Assembly: GCA_002633005.1 (NCBI GenBank) | Contig: NMRA01000344.1 | Span: 323,776-387,775, forward strand | Length of the DNA stretch: 64,000 bases | Direction: 5' to 3' | From: Phoronis australis | Taxonomy: Eukaryota > Animalia > Phoronida | In this document: positions 1-12,649 of the stretch, one piece after another | How positions within the stretch are numbered: the stretch's first letter is position 1 | How the letters are laid out: each line of letters begins with the position of its first letter | Position numbers and translations under genes: made by a program | Notes under the pieces: model-generated | What the model was told of the DNA's origin: nothing | Databases searched by the model: none | Seen by the model: the letters and a program-made list of their open reading frames with translations, nothing else

Positions 1-108
1 CATTCTTGGAAATTCCCAATGTCTTTTTACTACAAGTTTTTCTGTGATGTCCACTCGTTGATGTTGTGTTATGTCTTGTAACACGATGATGTTCTTCTTG
101 TCCTACAG

Positions 109-167
109 ATAAACTTAGTGCCACCGCGTTTGCACCTGTTAAAATGGATTTCACAGGTAATATCAAG
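109..167 (+). CDS. PLEKHA8: PLEKHA8/FAPP2 (GLTP domain) internal exon; gene begins upstream of the window
   Basis: cctacag| acceptor and |gtaagt donor; encodes (D)KLSATAFAPVKMDFTGNIK, resembling FAPP2 DKLGPTVFAPVKMDLVGNIK as recalled. Confidence 0.9.
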
Positions 168-392
168 GTAAGTGTAATTTGCATAATGTCTGTATGTATA
201 TTGTCTGATACTACGAAAACATTGAGCTGTAGCTTCACATAGACCCTTGATTTGTTATGCAGAATTATGATAACATTGAATATGACAATTGTTGTGCTTG
301 CAGAATGCATGATTATTTGTTTTTATTAAAAATGGTCTCTATGAAATAGAGGAAAATTTGTCTAAATGTGGATTCTATGTGCTTGACTTCAG

Positions 393-523
393 AAAATCCA
401 ACAAAAATATTCCACAAATCCGGATCAGTTTCTCAGTCTTCAGTCTCTGGTGCTGTATGAGAAGAAGGCAAAGGAGTCAGCTGATCCAAACTCAGGCACA
501 CAGGCCTTACTTTGGCTGAAGAG
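393..523 (+). CDS. PLEKHA8: PLEKHA8/FAPP2 exon
   Basis: ttcag| acceptor and |gtatgg donor; KIQQKYSTNPDQFLSLQSLVLYEKKAKESADPNSGTQALLWLKR carries the GLTP ALLWLKR motif; phases fit the neighbouring exons. Confidence 0.92.
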
Positions 524-916
524 GTATGGCATTCAAACTTGATCTATGTGATCAAAGGCGTTTATACTCTCTACGATTATATTTTTGCAATTTTTGTGAC
601 AAGATTGCCCTTGAATGACTTGAGTTACAGCAGGTTGAAATCAAGTCTGAGACTGTCTTCTCATGAAGATTTTTAACGAAAATGAGCCCCTTATAGACAC
701 CTTGATGTCACAAATTTGCTTTGGGATATTAAAGTGTTCTAGAACGGAACTATGTCTACAAACTTTCCTAAATTGTTTTTGGAAGCTCTCTTTACTTCAA
801 CCTTTCAACACTTTCTTAGCTAATGTTCACAGACTTACGAAATTCCAAGTGGGAGTTAATGCCTTCTCTAGGTATCTTGAGGTTGTCTGTCCTGAAGTCT
901 TCATTGGTTGTTACAG

Positions 917-1049
917 AGGTCTGGAGTTTATCTCGTTGTTCCTGCAAGAGTTGGCTCAAGGGGAAGAGGACTTGTCTGCTGCGGCACACAAGGCCTACAG
1001 CAAAGCACTGAAGCCATACCACGGATGGGTAGTTAGGGGCATGTTTGGG
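917..1049 (+). CDS. PLEKHA8: PLEKHA8/FAPP2 exon
   Basis: ttacag| acceptor and |gtaggt donor; GLEFISLFLQELAQGEEDLSAAAHKAYSKALKPYHGWVVRGMFG carries the GLTP AY..L.PYHGW motif. Confidence 0.93.
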
Positions 1050-1673
1050 GTAGGTTAGCACTGACTGTAGAGGTGCTGGGAAAGCTAAATGAAGATGACA
1101 TGCTGTAGTTATGATAATCATCACTTTGTCTAGTATATCGTATTTACTGTCAAATCCAGACCGACAATGGTTTTGAAATCCAGATATCAATCTAGTTTAT
1201 TGTTTAGCTTTCTGTAGTTTTTGTTTCTTGTATGGCAATTATCTATCATGCTTTAAGGGTTATTTCAACTAGTGTGTTTTTCACCATAGAATCATTGATT
1301 TCTTAACCTGGTAATTGTTCGGCTCTATAGTCAAAAGAAATGGAGAGTGTTTATGATGTCAGAGTTGATGTCGTTTATGAATCTTATACAAATCTATTAA
1401 TTGCAGTACAAGGTGTTATTTACATTAGTGTGTTCAGTTTTATTGTGACAAATATTTTGAATGTTGTTACTGTAAATTCCCAATTCTTTGATTTCTCAAT
1501 CTTTATCCTCTCGTGCAGCTTTGTATAAAAGAATATTGAAGAATTTCCATAAAATTTTTGCAACCACTTGCATTTCTATTTTGAATTTCTACTACGCATC
1601 GAGGTTCAGGGTTCAAATCATGTCAACTTCGTTCTAACACGATTCTTCACACGTCATTTTGCTCTCGTTTTAG

Positions 1674-1871
1674 CTTGCCATGAAAGCTGCACCATACAAG
1701 ACACAGTTCTTTGAGCATCTCTCTGTGTCAAGGACTCACTGTGCTAGTCCAGGATTTAACAAACAACTTGTCTCAGATATCAGGAACTACACAGCCTCTC
1801 TCGAGTCATTGTTAAACAAGATCAACAAATTCTACTCAGTTGAGAATCTTCACTCTGCCGAACCTGTGTAA
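1674..1871 (+). CDS. PLEKHA8: PLEKHA8/FAPP2 terminal coding exon
   Basis: ttttag| acceptor; LAMKAAPYK...NKFYSVENLHSAEPV* resembles the FAPP2 C-terminus (LALRAAPSY...YEVHGLESDEVV). Confidence 0.9.
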   Translation, partial: LAMKAAPYKTQFFEHLSVSRTHCASPGFNKQLVSDIRNYTASLESLLNKINKFYSVENLHSAEPV

Positions 1872-3785
1872 CCATCTCTGTTGCTGGAGGTTCTCGCATA
1901 TGCAATGCAAGACTGTTCACGTGTCCACCACACAATGTGTCGTCAGTTTGTGTGTTCAGCAACTGGGTACCCAGGCATGGTGTTGTATTGTGTAATGGAT
2001 GAATTGTCGTGAGCTGGTGGTCAACAAGTGTGATATCTGTGGCATGTTAGCTCTTGGTGTAAAGGTTGAATTGTCATGAGCTAGTGGTCAAAAAGTGGCG
2101 TCTAGACATGTTAGCTCTTGGTGTTACTGGAAAGTGTCACACATAGATTAGTGGTAGGAGCAGTTACCCAGAATGCTTTGTTGTCAGGTTTAGTCACCGC
2201 CAAATTGTCACGAGAGCAAAGTTTTGATTCTGAAAATAGTAAAAAGATTATATATAAGTGGTCAACAATTATGATCCCCGCATTATGTGGAAATGAGGTG
2301 ACATGAATGTGGTTTAGGTTTGTTTTGAACATCACATGGATTGTGGGAGGGAATTATTTGCTTCAAGTCAAGTGTTTTTAGTTTCCTTGCTCAAATCACA
2401 GGATCCTTCTTTGGACCTGAACGAGGTTATTCTCTCACCCACTAACAACCATATTGCTCTTGAGGCAGACATGAAGACAGGCGGAAGTCGGCTTCAAACT
2501 GAGTTCAGTCATTACTTCCAAGTTTAAAAGCTACCTGTAATATTGTTAAGCAACTTTTTGGTACCATTTTAATCGCAACTGGTTTAAATCCAAAGTTGAA
2601 GATTTCGAGACATGGAATATCACAAAGATTGTGTTTTAAATTATTAACATTCGATTGGAACAGCTGTATGATAAAAAGTTAATATCCAACTCAGTTATGA
2701 GACAATTCTGTTTTTCTATTGCTTGACTCTTGAGGGAGAAATGTTAACTACTAAACACTAGATTTATTGTTCTCGTTAAAGTTACTTGTTAGATATTGAG
2801 AGGTTCCACTGTTATGGTATCTGTTTATTAAGGTCGACCATTATAATGTTGACTCCCTTGATTGCTTGTATGCATTTCCAAACAAATGTTAGATTCTCTG
2901 TTATAATACATCATTATGTTGCCACCTATGGACTCACAGTTGTTGTTGCTGGGATGTGCAGTCAAAATACTGTGAGAGGGCTATGAACATATTAACATAT
3001 TTATTGAAACACTGTCAGTGTTAAATTGCCACTGTACATATTAACAAAGAAATCTGTCACGTTCTTTATGATTTTGGGTTCTATTTATTTTCATTGTGAG
3101 ACACTAGGTATACAGTAATTTCCAACATAATCTGCTAGACAGACTTGGATAAAACTCTTGTCAGACTCGGCCAAAGTTGTACGAATTTCTTGCCATAATT
3201 ATTTGGAAGTTGAATGTTTGTCCCAAGTAATAGAGTTTTTGTGGAACTTTAGTCAGAGTTTAATAAGATGTTATTGTGCCTAGTCACTAAATGTGTACTT
3301 ACAAATGGAATGTACTTGCTCAGCGAGTTGTCATGATTTTGACAAAGTGCACCTGTTAAGGTTAGGTGTACTCCTAATAATATTTTTTTTTCTTGAAATA
3401 TCAAAGTAACTAGTGAATGCCTATTCATAAAAGTGTTTACTTTCTGATACTAGGACTAATCTTGTCATTCACAACACTATACCATTCTCAGAGTCATGTG
3501 AACATGGGTTTTTGAAAAAAATGTTGTTTTTTGAAAAGTACATTGATAGGAGAATAGTCTTTTCACCGACTTTTCTCAAATATATATTTTCTGTGTTAAT
3601 ACTTCAATAAAATGCTCAAAGCACCATGTCTGGCGTTGCCCATACAGGTAGGACCCATGTGTTTGTTTTTGTGAAATAGGAGTACATATAACCCTAAGAT
3701 TTGACAGAATTGGAACTGTTTCTGTTATGAAAAGAAGTGGATATTTAGCTGTTGTTTTTTTTGCACTGAAAACTGCTGTACACTA

Positions 3786-3945
3786 CCGTAATCGTTCGGG
3801 TTAACGCCCTGGGCGGTTAAATTGGCGAATCCAAAAAAATCGGGGGAGGGCGGTTAACCGAGCAGTGGGCGGTTAAATCGAAAATCCACTTAAAGTCGGG
3901 GATGGGCGGCTAACTGAGCATTGGCGTTAACCCGAACGAGTACGG
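3786..3945. mobile_element. Tc1/mariner-pogo-type MITE (~160 bp)
   Basis: 23-bp TIRs CCGTAATCGTTCGGGTTAACGCC / GGCGTTAACCCGAACGAGTACGG (1 mismatch), flanked by TA on both sides; internal gggcggttaa repeats. Confidence 0.85.
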
Positions 3946-4928
3946 TAGTACAGTAGTTGTAGCCCTAAAATATTCTGGGGAGCAATGTTCTACTTACAGT
4001 ACTGTGTTCTGTGTTGTCCAACGGACGCAAGGCTGCTTGGCTCCAGAATAGATTAACAAGTAACTGTCACCTGCAGGAGTCCTGTATTTTAAGAACCAGT
4101 TTTCAACACTTAATAACAGCATTAAACTGGTTTTCAAAATCTGGGATCCTTGTACTGAGTGACAATTGCTAATAAATATTTGACAATAAATGAATTACTT
4201 GTGAATTACTTTTATAAAACTGTAACTTAATTTGCCACTTTGGACAGTTTTGAAAATGAAATCAGCAGCATTTTAACAGTACTAAGTGATGGTGTGATCA
4301 AGGATATTGCCTTATGTTGTTAGAGAATCAGTTTAATATGTTAACAACATCATTTTATTACAGTGTTTTCAAGTTTGATTTGGTGGGTATTTAAGCAAAC
4401 AATGGCGTGGGGCTTCTCTTCGCAGGAATCTTGAGAATGTGTTTCATGGTTCTAACTCCTACGCCAATTTAAGTTGATATTACTTTGATCTCCTTGGTTA
4501 CCATGGACATGTAGGCTTTGTGGTTCCTGTTCCACCAGTTAAGTGTTTCAGTTTTTGTGTTACTTGGTATGTACACTGTATACATCTACTTAATTCCATC
4601 TTATTTTCTTATTATGATTTCATGGTCAGGGTGTATTTAAAATCTTGAATTTGTTGCTGATAAAACAAAGAGTTTCATATTAGTAAAGGAAAGGTACATG
4701 AAAAGTTAGTTATTGATTTGTATTCCAGACTCTTCCACAAAACAACCGCGTAAAGTTATCTCCCCTGTGTCGCCTCTGTCATTTGCCACTGCAGCTTGGA
4801 ACTCCAAGCTTGGCAGTATTGAATACGTGAAACGAAAATAATGAAATCTCACCCCTGACCAAAAAGGCAGATTCTGAGAATATATACATTGGTGTTAGTT
4901 ACCGAGTTGATTTCAAATAATTATATGT

Positions 4929-5092
4929 ACATGTAGCCCTGCACATTTATTGGAGACCCGTCCATTGTATACATGTAGCCCTGCACATTTATTGGAGACC
5001 CGTCCATTGTATACACGTAGCCCTGCTCATTTATTGGAGACCCGTCCATTGTATACATGTAGCCCTGCACATTTATTGGAGACCCGTCCATT
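4929..5092. repeat. 42-bp minisatellite, ~4 copies
   Basis: Unit acatgtagccctgcacatttattggagacccgtccattgtat starts at 4929, 4971, 5013 and 5055. Confidence 0.95.
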
Positions 5093-6163
5093 CTATGAAG
5101 TGCACTTTTTGGTAATCAATTGAATATAATAAAAGTTGGGATTGCAAAAATTTTGGAATAGGAATGTTAACGTAAGTAACAGAACAACACAAACGTCTGC
5201 TTCACAACTAGATTGGTTTTGGCGGCACTAATTTAACAATTTATAGATATCGCAATAGCGGAGTTGCAACGCCGCCATATTGGAAATGGGTCAGAATGTT
5301 GCATTGTGGTTAAGCCGGTAAACAAGTACGTCGGCAAGCGTGGGGGCGAACCGGCCACAGGGAGGTTATACGTATTGTGTGCTTGGCATGGTTGTGTGGT
5401 TGAGGCTACCTGATACAGGTAGTGAACACCACTCAAAAACCACTGCGCACTGGTGGGAAGTCTACAACTGGCAGCAGCATCTATGTACTCTCAAAATCAT
5501 TTCGAATATTCTAACAATACAGGCCCGAAAAGGTTTACTCAGTTTTGCGGAAAAATTTAATCGCAGATTGATTCTTGAAGCGATTGGTGTCTCGCAGAGC
5601 CGCATGTCTACATCTGAAAAAGAGCATTTTTGCGGTAAATGGTCTTAAGTCACAATTCAGTTTCTTTGGTGGAACTACGCCATTTCAACTATCAAACCAA
5701 AAATAACGAATATTTTCATACGTAGCTACGTCAGAGGAATTACGATAGGGAGGGGAAAATGTTTACTAAAGGCGGCCTTATTATATGCCCACATATTTTA
5801 TATGAGGGTCATATCTGTCCGGAGTCCGCTGCTGTACTTTTAAATGCCTTGCAGAATCTTGATGAGATTTGGCAAATGTGTATCTGTGAAGCAGATCAGG
5901 GCGTAGCATCTCGGTTGGCATTCAGGGCGTTGTAATTGCCTAGACGACGACGAATTTCAGGCTAATCCGACTACTGCTGTATACCTAGTAGCAATTTATT
6001 TTTTTATGCTTGCCTCTGTATCTTTTGAGTTCTTTGGTGGATTTTCGCGAAATTTTGAAAATACGTTTTTATTAAGGAGGCGATGACGCTTCCAATTTTC
6101 GGACGGACTTACGCCACCTAGTGGCCATTAATTTTTTAATAAGTTTTAGTCGTTATCCTCTCT

Positions 6164-6407
6164 CATGCGCGCACCCAGCCTTTAATATGGGGGGCTTGAA
6201 TCTCTGACAAAGTGGACCTTTTGCTAACAAAAAGCGGGAGGATTAAAAAAACGGGGTACCACCTTCAGGTTTGTGGACTATGCGTCTGCGCCTTTTTAGT
6301 GGACTTTTGTCTCGTTTTCTCGGACTTTTTGTTTTGAGGCGGACCATTTTACCCACTTCGCCAAATGGGGGGGCTCCTTCGAGCCCCTCCCCCTGGGTGC
6401 GGGCATG
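6164..6407. mobile_element. hAT-like MITE, family A copy 1
   Basis: TIR CATGCGCGCACCCA / TGGGTGCGGGCATG; 5-bp direct flank TCTCT; homologous along its length to 24688-24935. Confidence 0.85.
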
Positions 6408-6598
6408 TCTCTATCCGCTAAACAATTCAAATGACCATTATGAACATTGGCAGGTTTTTCCTGATGAGCTGACTGCAACTGTCATTGATTTTCTGTCGGT
6501 TTTACTTCCTTGGCGCCACCTAATGGCAATTTGTTTTTTGCGTTCATACAGCTGGATCTCCTTAACTCTTTGGAAAATCTTTTTTGAAAATTGGCTGA

Positions 6599-7164
6599 GG
6601 GCTGTTCCAGTAAAATCTGTGTGGGAGGGGGGGAAGGCACCTTTTTTTCACACCCACCACCCATATTTTTCATTTATTTCTTCAGCCTACCAACCGTAAT
6701 TTTTTAAGTTTGAAATGCAACCACCCGTAATTTTTTTGTTCTTGTGGTTGACTGCACAGGCGCTTGAGTTTATCTGTTCCTCCATCACCACTAACGTCAT
6801 TCATTACTAAGAAAACACATGTTTCTTATATGGTTATTAGCCATCGAGAAATTCGAGTACCTGTGGCTAAATGGTGTTATGGGCATGCCGATGAGGAGAT
6901 TGGAGGGAGTGAAAAAGTCGGAGCTTTTTGCAAGTTGCATTTTTGTTTCAGTTTTTGATTCTGTGCGGATTGTTTATAAAATTTACTTAAATTACCCACC
7001 GTCAAACATTTGTGGCCCAATGAAACAACAACGACCTGTGAATTTTTATTTTTTTTTTTTTTTGAAGTACGACCACCAGCCATTTTGACTTTAAATCAAA
7101 CGCAACCACCCATAAATTTTTGTTTCAGTTGCCTTCCCCCCCACAGATTTTGCTGGAACAGCCC
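6599..7164. mobile_element. PIF/Harbinger-like MITE
   Basis: TIR GGGCTGTTCCAGTAAAATCTGTG / CACAGATTTTGCTGGAACAGCCC; 3-bp TGA on both sides; internal caaccacc repeats. Confidence 0.85.
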
Positions 7165-7473
7165 TGATGTGTTCCTGTGACGATGGCAACAGATGAGGAA
7201 GATTTTCATACCAATACGACTACAGCTTGGTCCCTTAGTGCGTGACTATTTTACATTTTTTTACGTTTGCCTCTGTCATTTGAGTTACTGGTGGATTTTC
7301 GTGAAATTTGGCTGATATGTTTCTACAGTATAAGGAGACAACAATGCCTTCTCACTGCTGGGCGGATTCGGCATATTCTGCGCCACCTACTGATCATTTT
7401 TATTTTTTCTACTCTGTTTTGGCGTCCGCAGCGTTTTCATCCGCCAAACTGCTCAAAGGATAATTATTAAACT

Positions 7474-8055
7474 TATCACTTGTGTTCCTGACGGTGGGCG
7501 CAAGTCGTCACAGATCGGTGCTAATAGCTTTCTTTGCAGCGATAGAATCAAGACTTCACTGATTAATCTCGGCCGTACACACACAAGTCTATTGAACAAA
7601 ACGCACGACTTCACCTCTGTTCTAGTATGCTCCAGTCAGTTCTGCCAAGTGTTGACTTGTGAGCTCTCGAGTCACTTCTAGCAACTGTCACAATCGTTGA
7701 TTCGATAACTTGGTGTCTATATACCTGACTTACTATTGACTATTGTTGTAACTGCTGACCCTGTAACTGCTGAGTTCAGAACTATAACTGAAACTTTGAA
7801 ACTAGCTATCACTTACGCATGCCTGAGTACTTATAATCTCTTAACAATGTTCCAGGACAATTCACTCACAGTGTAGAACTTTCCGGAATCTCCCCATCCA
7901 TTCTACAAACAAATCCGGCTCCAGAAGGCGTCGACTTGAATTTTCTCACATCCTATTGAAAACGAATAACGTAATCATTGGCCATGTCAATCAAGTGCTA
8001 TTTGCTAGTCAACAACATACAAAAATAAAAAACGAGTATTAGTGTACTCCTGGCA
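7474..8055 (-). mobile_element. Degenerate solo-LTR-like element related to 48186-48976
   Basis: ggtgggcgcaagtcgtcacagatcggtgctaatagctttc is the reverse-complement match of the 3' end of the 48.2-49.0 kb LTR; ends approximate. Confidence 0.6.
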
Positions 8056-8419
8056 CCGCTCAGTTATCCGAGTACATTAATCAAAACCTGTTGTAGTTTA
8101 CCTGCATTATATCACGACGTTTGTTATGATTCATGAGTGTCGCATCTAGCACATGTACGTCACTCAAAGCTCAATTGAGTTTGCGGCAGATGATTGACAT
8201 AGTCCCTAGATTTATTCAAGTATGAACCTCTGAACCCAAATTCATGTATGTAAACCGACAAACTTAGTGTGGTGGTTAGCAGTTTTTCTTACTAAACAAA
8301 ACAGAGGGGTGCGTCGGTGGTATAAACATTTGGATGAATCTCCCCGGGTGCATTCTAGAATCATCGAATTGCCTTTTTGACGTACTGTTAGGAAGTATTG
8401 GACCGGTTACTACATCTAC

Positions 8420-8490
8420 ATGCATGGATGCGTACGTGCGTGCGTGCATGCACGTGCGCTGTATGCGTGCTTGCGTGCGTTCATGTACGT
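8420..8490. repeat. (TGCG/TGCA)n tetranucleotide microsatellite
   Basis: tgcatggatgcgtacgtgcgtgcgtgcatgcacgtgcg... Confidence 0.7.
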
Positions 8491-8894
8491 TCAGCCTTTA
8501 TATTGTTTCTCTAACGTAAGCACTTATCTGTTGGCAATAAAAAACAAATCATCCGTGACAGAGTGACATGAATAGCAGTTTGACTGTACTTTGTAATTGA
8601 GGTAAGCTGATATGAACAAAGTTGTCGACTTAACAGGAGTAGTTGGTTGACGTCATTATGACAGAGAAATATAAAAAGTTTGAATTTATCAATGACATCA
8701 ATTTTGCATTTAATATCACCCACTGCAGACTTTCCGCAGCAACTGACCGTGCGGATGAATAGCGACGATCACAGCGCAATAACAAATAGCCGCAGACCGG
8801 TTTGGGCAGTCTGCAATCACAAAGGGGAGAAATTTTGTGTTTTAAAGTATGGGCCTTTGTTGGAAATCCATAACCTGTTCAGAAATATTTTTGT

Positions 8895-9480
8895 TCCGTG
8901 AGACTGAGCATTGGACGCCAGTCGTCACTGACAAGTGCTAATAGCTTTCGGTATGATGATAGACTGATGTTAGATGTTAAACACGAACGCACGTTCAGAA
9001 GTCTACTCAAAACGTCCGACGTAATGTCCAGTCAATGCTGCGACGCCTTCACATGTGATAAAACACTCGGCTCACTTCCATTAATTGTTAAACTCGTTAG
9101 TTCAATAACCCGCTGTCTTTATAGCTGGCTCTCTGTTGATTAACGCTGCAACTGCCGGTTCTGTGTCTTCTGACTTAGGATCTGTAACTTTGTAGCTAAC
9201 TCTCACGCAACTGGTTTCTGAGTACTACTAAAACGTTATAATGTTCTGGAACTGATTACCAAGTGCATTTCAGATTTTTCCATAATCTATCCAATCATTC
9301 TATTAACATATACTAGACTCTATAGTCACTAATATACTGGAACGTAATATAATGTTCTAAAGTGTTCCACTGAAAGTGAATTACGTAATCACTGGCCTGA
9401 CCTCCTATTTCAGGTCAATCAAGTGCTATGTACTAATAAACAAACACAGTAGCCAAATAAAACAAATATGAATGCAATAC
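8895..9480 (-). mobile_element. Degenerate solo-LTR-like element related to 48186-48976
   Basis: gtgctaatagctttcggt and acgttcagaagtctactcaaaacgtccgacgtaatgtc match the reverse complement of 48790-48930; shares cgtaatca.tggcc...gtcaatcaagtgcta with 7965-8000; ends approximate. Confidence 0.65.
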
Positions 9481-9485
9481 CTTAC

Positions 9486-9655
9486 CTTAAGTCCGACTGC
9501 TCTGCATCATCCAGACGAAAATCGCCAGATGTGAAAAATTGGCGTCATACGGAAGTAAAAAAAATGAACGTCAATCTTCACGTGTTCTCCAAGACGTCAC
9601 AATAGCCCAAGCTACATGGAATAATGTCCAAAACGTCTGTTGAGTCGGACATAAG
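9486..9655. mobile_element. Small TIR element (MITE-like)
   Basis: cttaagtccgact ... agtcggacataag inverted ends. Confidence 0.45.
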
Positions 9656-11669
9656 AAATTGGTCTTAAGGAGAACAAATGTAAAATCATCTGAAGTGGTA
9701 CAGCAACATATTCACTGTGCTAGAAAACATACTTTTCAACTCTTTATTCAGTTTACAGCGCTAGACAACATAGATTTCTCGGGTTACGTAACAAAACGTT
9801 CCAAGAGACAATGCATTGATAAGGTACTAAATTGTGCTAGATACATGACAAGTGAGCATTTCATGCGTAGTCTATCACTGGTTAAGGTTGATTTGATTCC
9901 AGCGAATGTCTAACATATGTCGTCGAGAATTGGCAATTTCCATTTAAATCACAAGATCACAACAGTCTTTATCTTTTTATAACGACTGCTCAAAGCTAAC
10001 AACTTCACGAAGTATATCCTAACCAACAAGAAACCCAGATATGCGCGTTCAGATGTAAAAGCGAAAACGTCCCTTTAATAACAATTCTGTCTAGGGAGAT
10101 ACCATCCGTACAAGTGACCTTAACCATGTGTCTGCATAACGCTTATTTTTAAGCCAGTACATTTGAATACGACGTTCTGTCAAAACGAAAGATTGACAAA
10201 CACTGTTAACAAAAATGCACGAAATTTTGTTGTCACAAAGTTTTCAGAAAAAAAAACGTTGAAGGCAAATTGCTAAGAATCATGGAACGGTTTTGCCACT
10301 TCCAGTGTATACAGACTAGATGCGGTTTGCATTTTTAATGTTTGTTAGTCTCCAATTCAGCACATTACCACCGAATTTAACAGACCATTCTTTCTCTGGA
10401 TATATTGACTATAGTAGTAGGGAAACTTTTGAAGCATTGACATGTTTAGTTTTAGATCCTTACCATTTTTATATCAACTTTTGTTATTGCCAAAAACAGC
10501 TCATGCACGTTTAATCGTATCATTATGCCGTTGCCTAAAACCACTATCGAGATTATTCAAGATATATTAAAACGGACTCTATAGGGCTGTCATAACTTCT
10601 TCAAAAGACGTCGAGGCTTTGTTTTGATCATGTTTTAACCGGTACAGTAGTCGAATCTCTTTGAGGCTAGTCAAATAATTTCGTTCTATCTCTGTCTTGA
10701 AAATCAACTTGAAAATTAACCACAAGATAGGCAAATCTAATTTTTATTCATGAAAGGCTTTCATCTCGGAGGTGATTGTGTCTTGATTTTTTTACTGTGT
10801 TAGCAGACCAATCAGCTGGTTTTCCAATATTGACATGACGGACTGAAAAAACAGCAAAGGTTTTCAATACATTGAGGCAGACCTGACGGAAACTTCCGAA
10901 ACGCCTGATGTTACCGTCTGCATACTGAGTTATTCGTCGTCGTCAATCATGTCCGATCACGAGAACCATTATCTCAGTACAAGTAATAAATGAATAGGGA
11001 GACAAAGAATCACCTTGTTCAACTCCACGTGAAATCTCACACAAGCATGACGGTAAGCCGTTGACTATGTTTTTGTAAAATACACAGACCCAGCGCTTAA
11101 TGCAACAAACAAGTCAAACGCTTTCTCAAAATCAATTATCAAAAGCAACTCACGTTTGCCAAAATTGTCAACATAATATAACAGATCGTAAAGCACATGT
11201 ATTCTCATTCATAATCCTTCCCGAAATGAATCCCGTTCAGGCAAAAATCACAAGACACAATCGAATACTTAAAATAAAGTGAACGTTTCGACCGTCAATG
11301 GCAGTGATCATCTTTAGAATGACGGTTATGTGAAGTTGCAGTCACTTGATGAAGTTCCTGCTCTAGGCCACGACCAATATCATACATGCCAGTCATGGAC
11401 GATCACAAATGTTCAAATTAATTATAAATACTCGACTGTGCATCATGAAATGCCTCCCCTCATTGTTTTAAAATACCCAGAAGCGTAGATTATGTTGTCT
11501 GTAACTGCTTAAGATAATTAGACGATTCGTTCAAGGTGACTTGTAGGTTCAAGAAGCAGAGGATACATTGTTCTCACGTGTACACTACAGCCTGCATCCA
11601 TTGTTTATTAAATATTATCTTGTAAGATAATGAGTAATAATGAAAGAGCTTGGAATTTATTTTAATTAT

Positions 11670-11809
11670 TGGCGGCGTACCATAGGGGACTAGGATGTTA
11701 TAGCCCTCACTTAGTTTAGTGCTGCGTCGTCCATGGGCATGGGTGGCGCGCACCATAGAGGTCTGAGGAGCTATAATCACCCACTAATTTCATTGCTTCG
11801 CCGCCCATG
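11670..11809. mobile_element. Two tandem ~65-bp GGCGGCG-ended mini-MITEs (family B)
   Basis: ggcggcgtaccatagggg...gtgctgcgtcgtcca and gggtggcgcgcaccatagagg...tgcttcgccgcccatg; the same family occurs at 27461-27611. Confidence 0.55.
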
Positions 11810-12649
11810 TTAATGCAATGAAGAAATATTTAGTATTATATAGGTTCTGGCATAATGCAACGCAAACATATGATTTAGGATTTCTATCGGAGACGCCTAT
11901 AAAACTGGACGCCTGCGATTAAAATAGTACACATGCATACAAATGTATTTGTATAGGTATAAGGGAAAACTGAACCTGGGAAATACCCGACACCTTTATC
12001 GATATGTTCTCACACCGTGTTATATACAGTTGTTTGCAGAGATGGTCAAGCGACGTTGAAAACAATTCCAAGTTAAACTATTTCTCTCAACTTCAAATAG
12101 AGTAAATAACCGAGTTAAATTTATGAAGACTGCCTAAAAGTGTCAAATAGCCCTTGACGCGACTTTACTGTGCCACTCGTGACTTACCAACTGTCGACAC
12201 CGACTTTTTCTGTTCTCGTGCATGTCTTTTGTCCAATTAACTTAGTCGAATCTGAATATCATTTTGTACTTGTCTGCTCAGGGGTCTGATTCATGAAAAG
12301 TCACTTAATACATACGACAGAAATTTGGTCATACGCTCTCACTTCACAAGTAGCCAAATAATTAAGAGAGCGTCACTGTCTTGGAATAGTTCAGAGAATA
12401 TCTGTAAAAGCAGCAATTAGATGCAAACTCTGAGATTTCACACTTGTGCTCAAGTGAAAGGCAATAAAGAAGACAAATCCTTAAACATTACACATTACAG
12501 CTTTAAAAAGGTTTATACTTACCAGATTGGGAACTACGAAGTTTTCTTATCATAATTCCATGTCAATGTCGAACAATTTAACCACTTCATCGAGCCGGGT
12601 GAAAAGGTACGGCAGCTGTGAATGAACAGGACGGACATTTTTTGTCTAA

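Larger units (their letters stand above)
5790..7410. repeat. Old degenerate tandem-unit repeat (non-autonomous element-like) interrupted by two MITEs
   Basis: 6000-6137 and 7255-7410 are clearly homologous (ttgcctctgt..tttgagtt..ggtggattttcg.gaaatt..cgccaccta); further eroded units near 5830 and 6510. Confidence 0.55.

Noticed and set aside
663-916. N-terminal part of ORF 663..1058 as coding
   Set aside because: It is intron read-through; GLTP similarity begins only at the acceptor at 917.
4929-5092. Regular repeats resembling a CRISPR array (also 20071-20294 and 34871-35266)
   Set aside because: Units are contiguous with no unique spacers, the context is eukaryotic and there are no cas genes; these are minisatellites or coding repeats.
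6111-6127. CTCF-like motif acgccacctagtggcca (variants at ~6513 and ~7381)
   Set aside because: It lies within units of a degenerate repeat; no evidence of function can be drawn from sequence alone.
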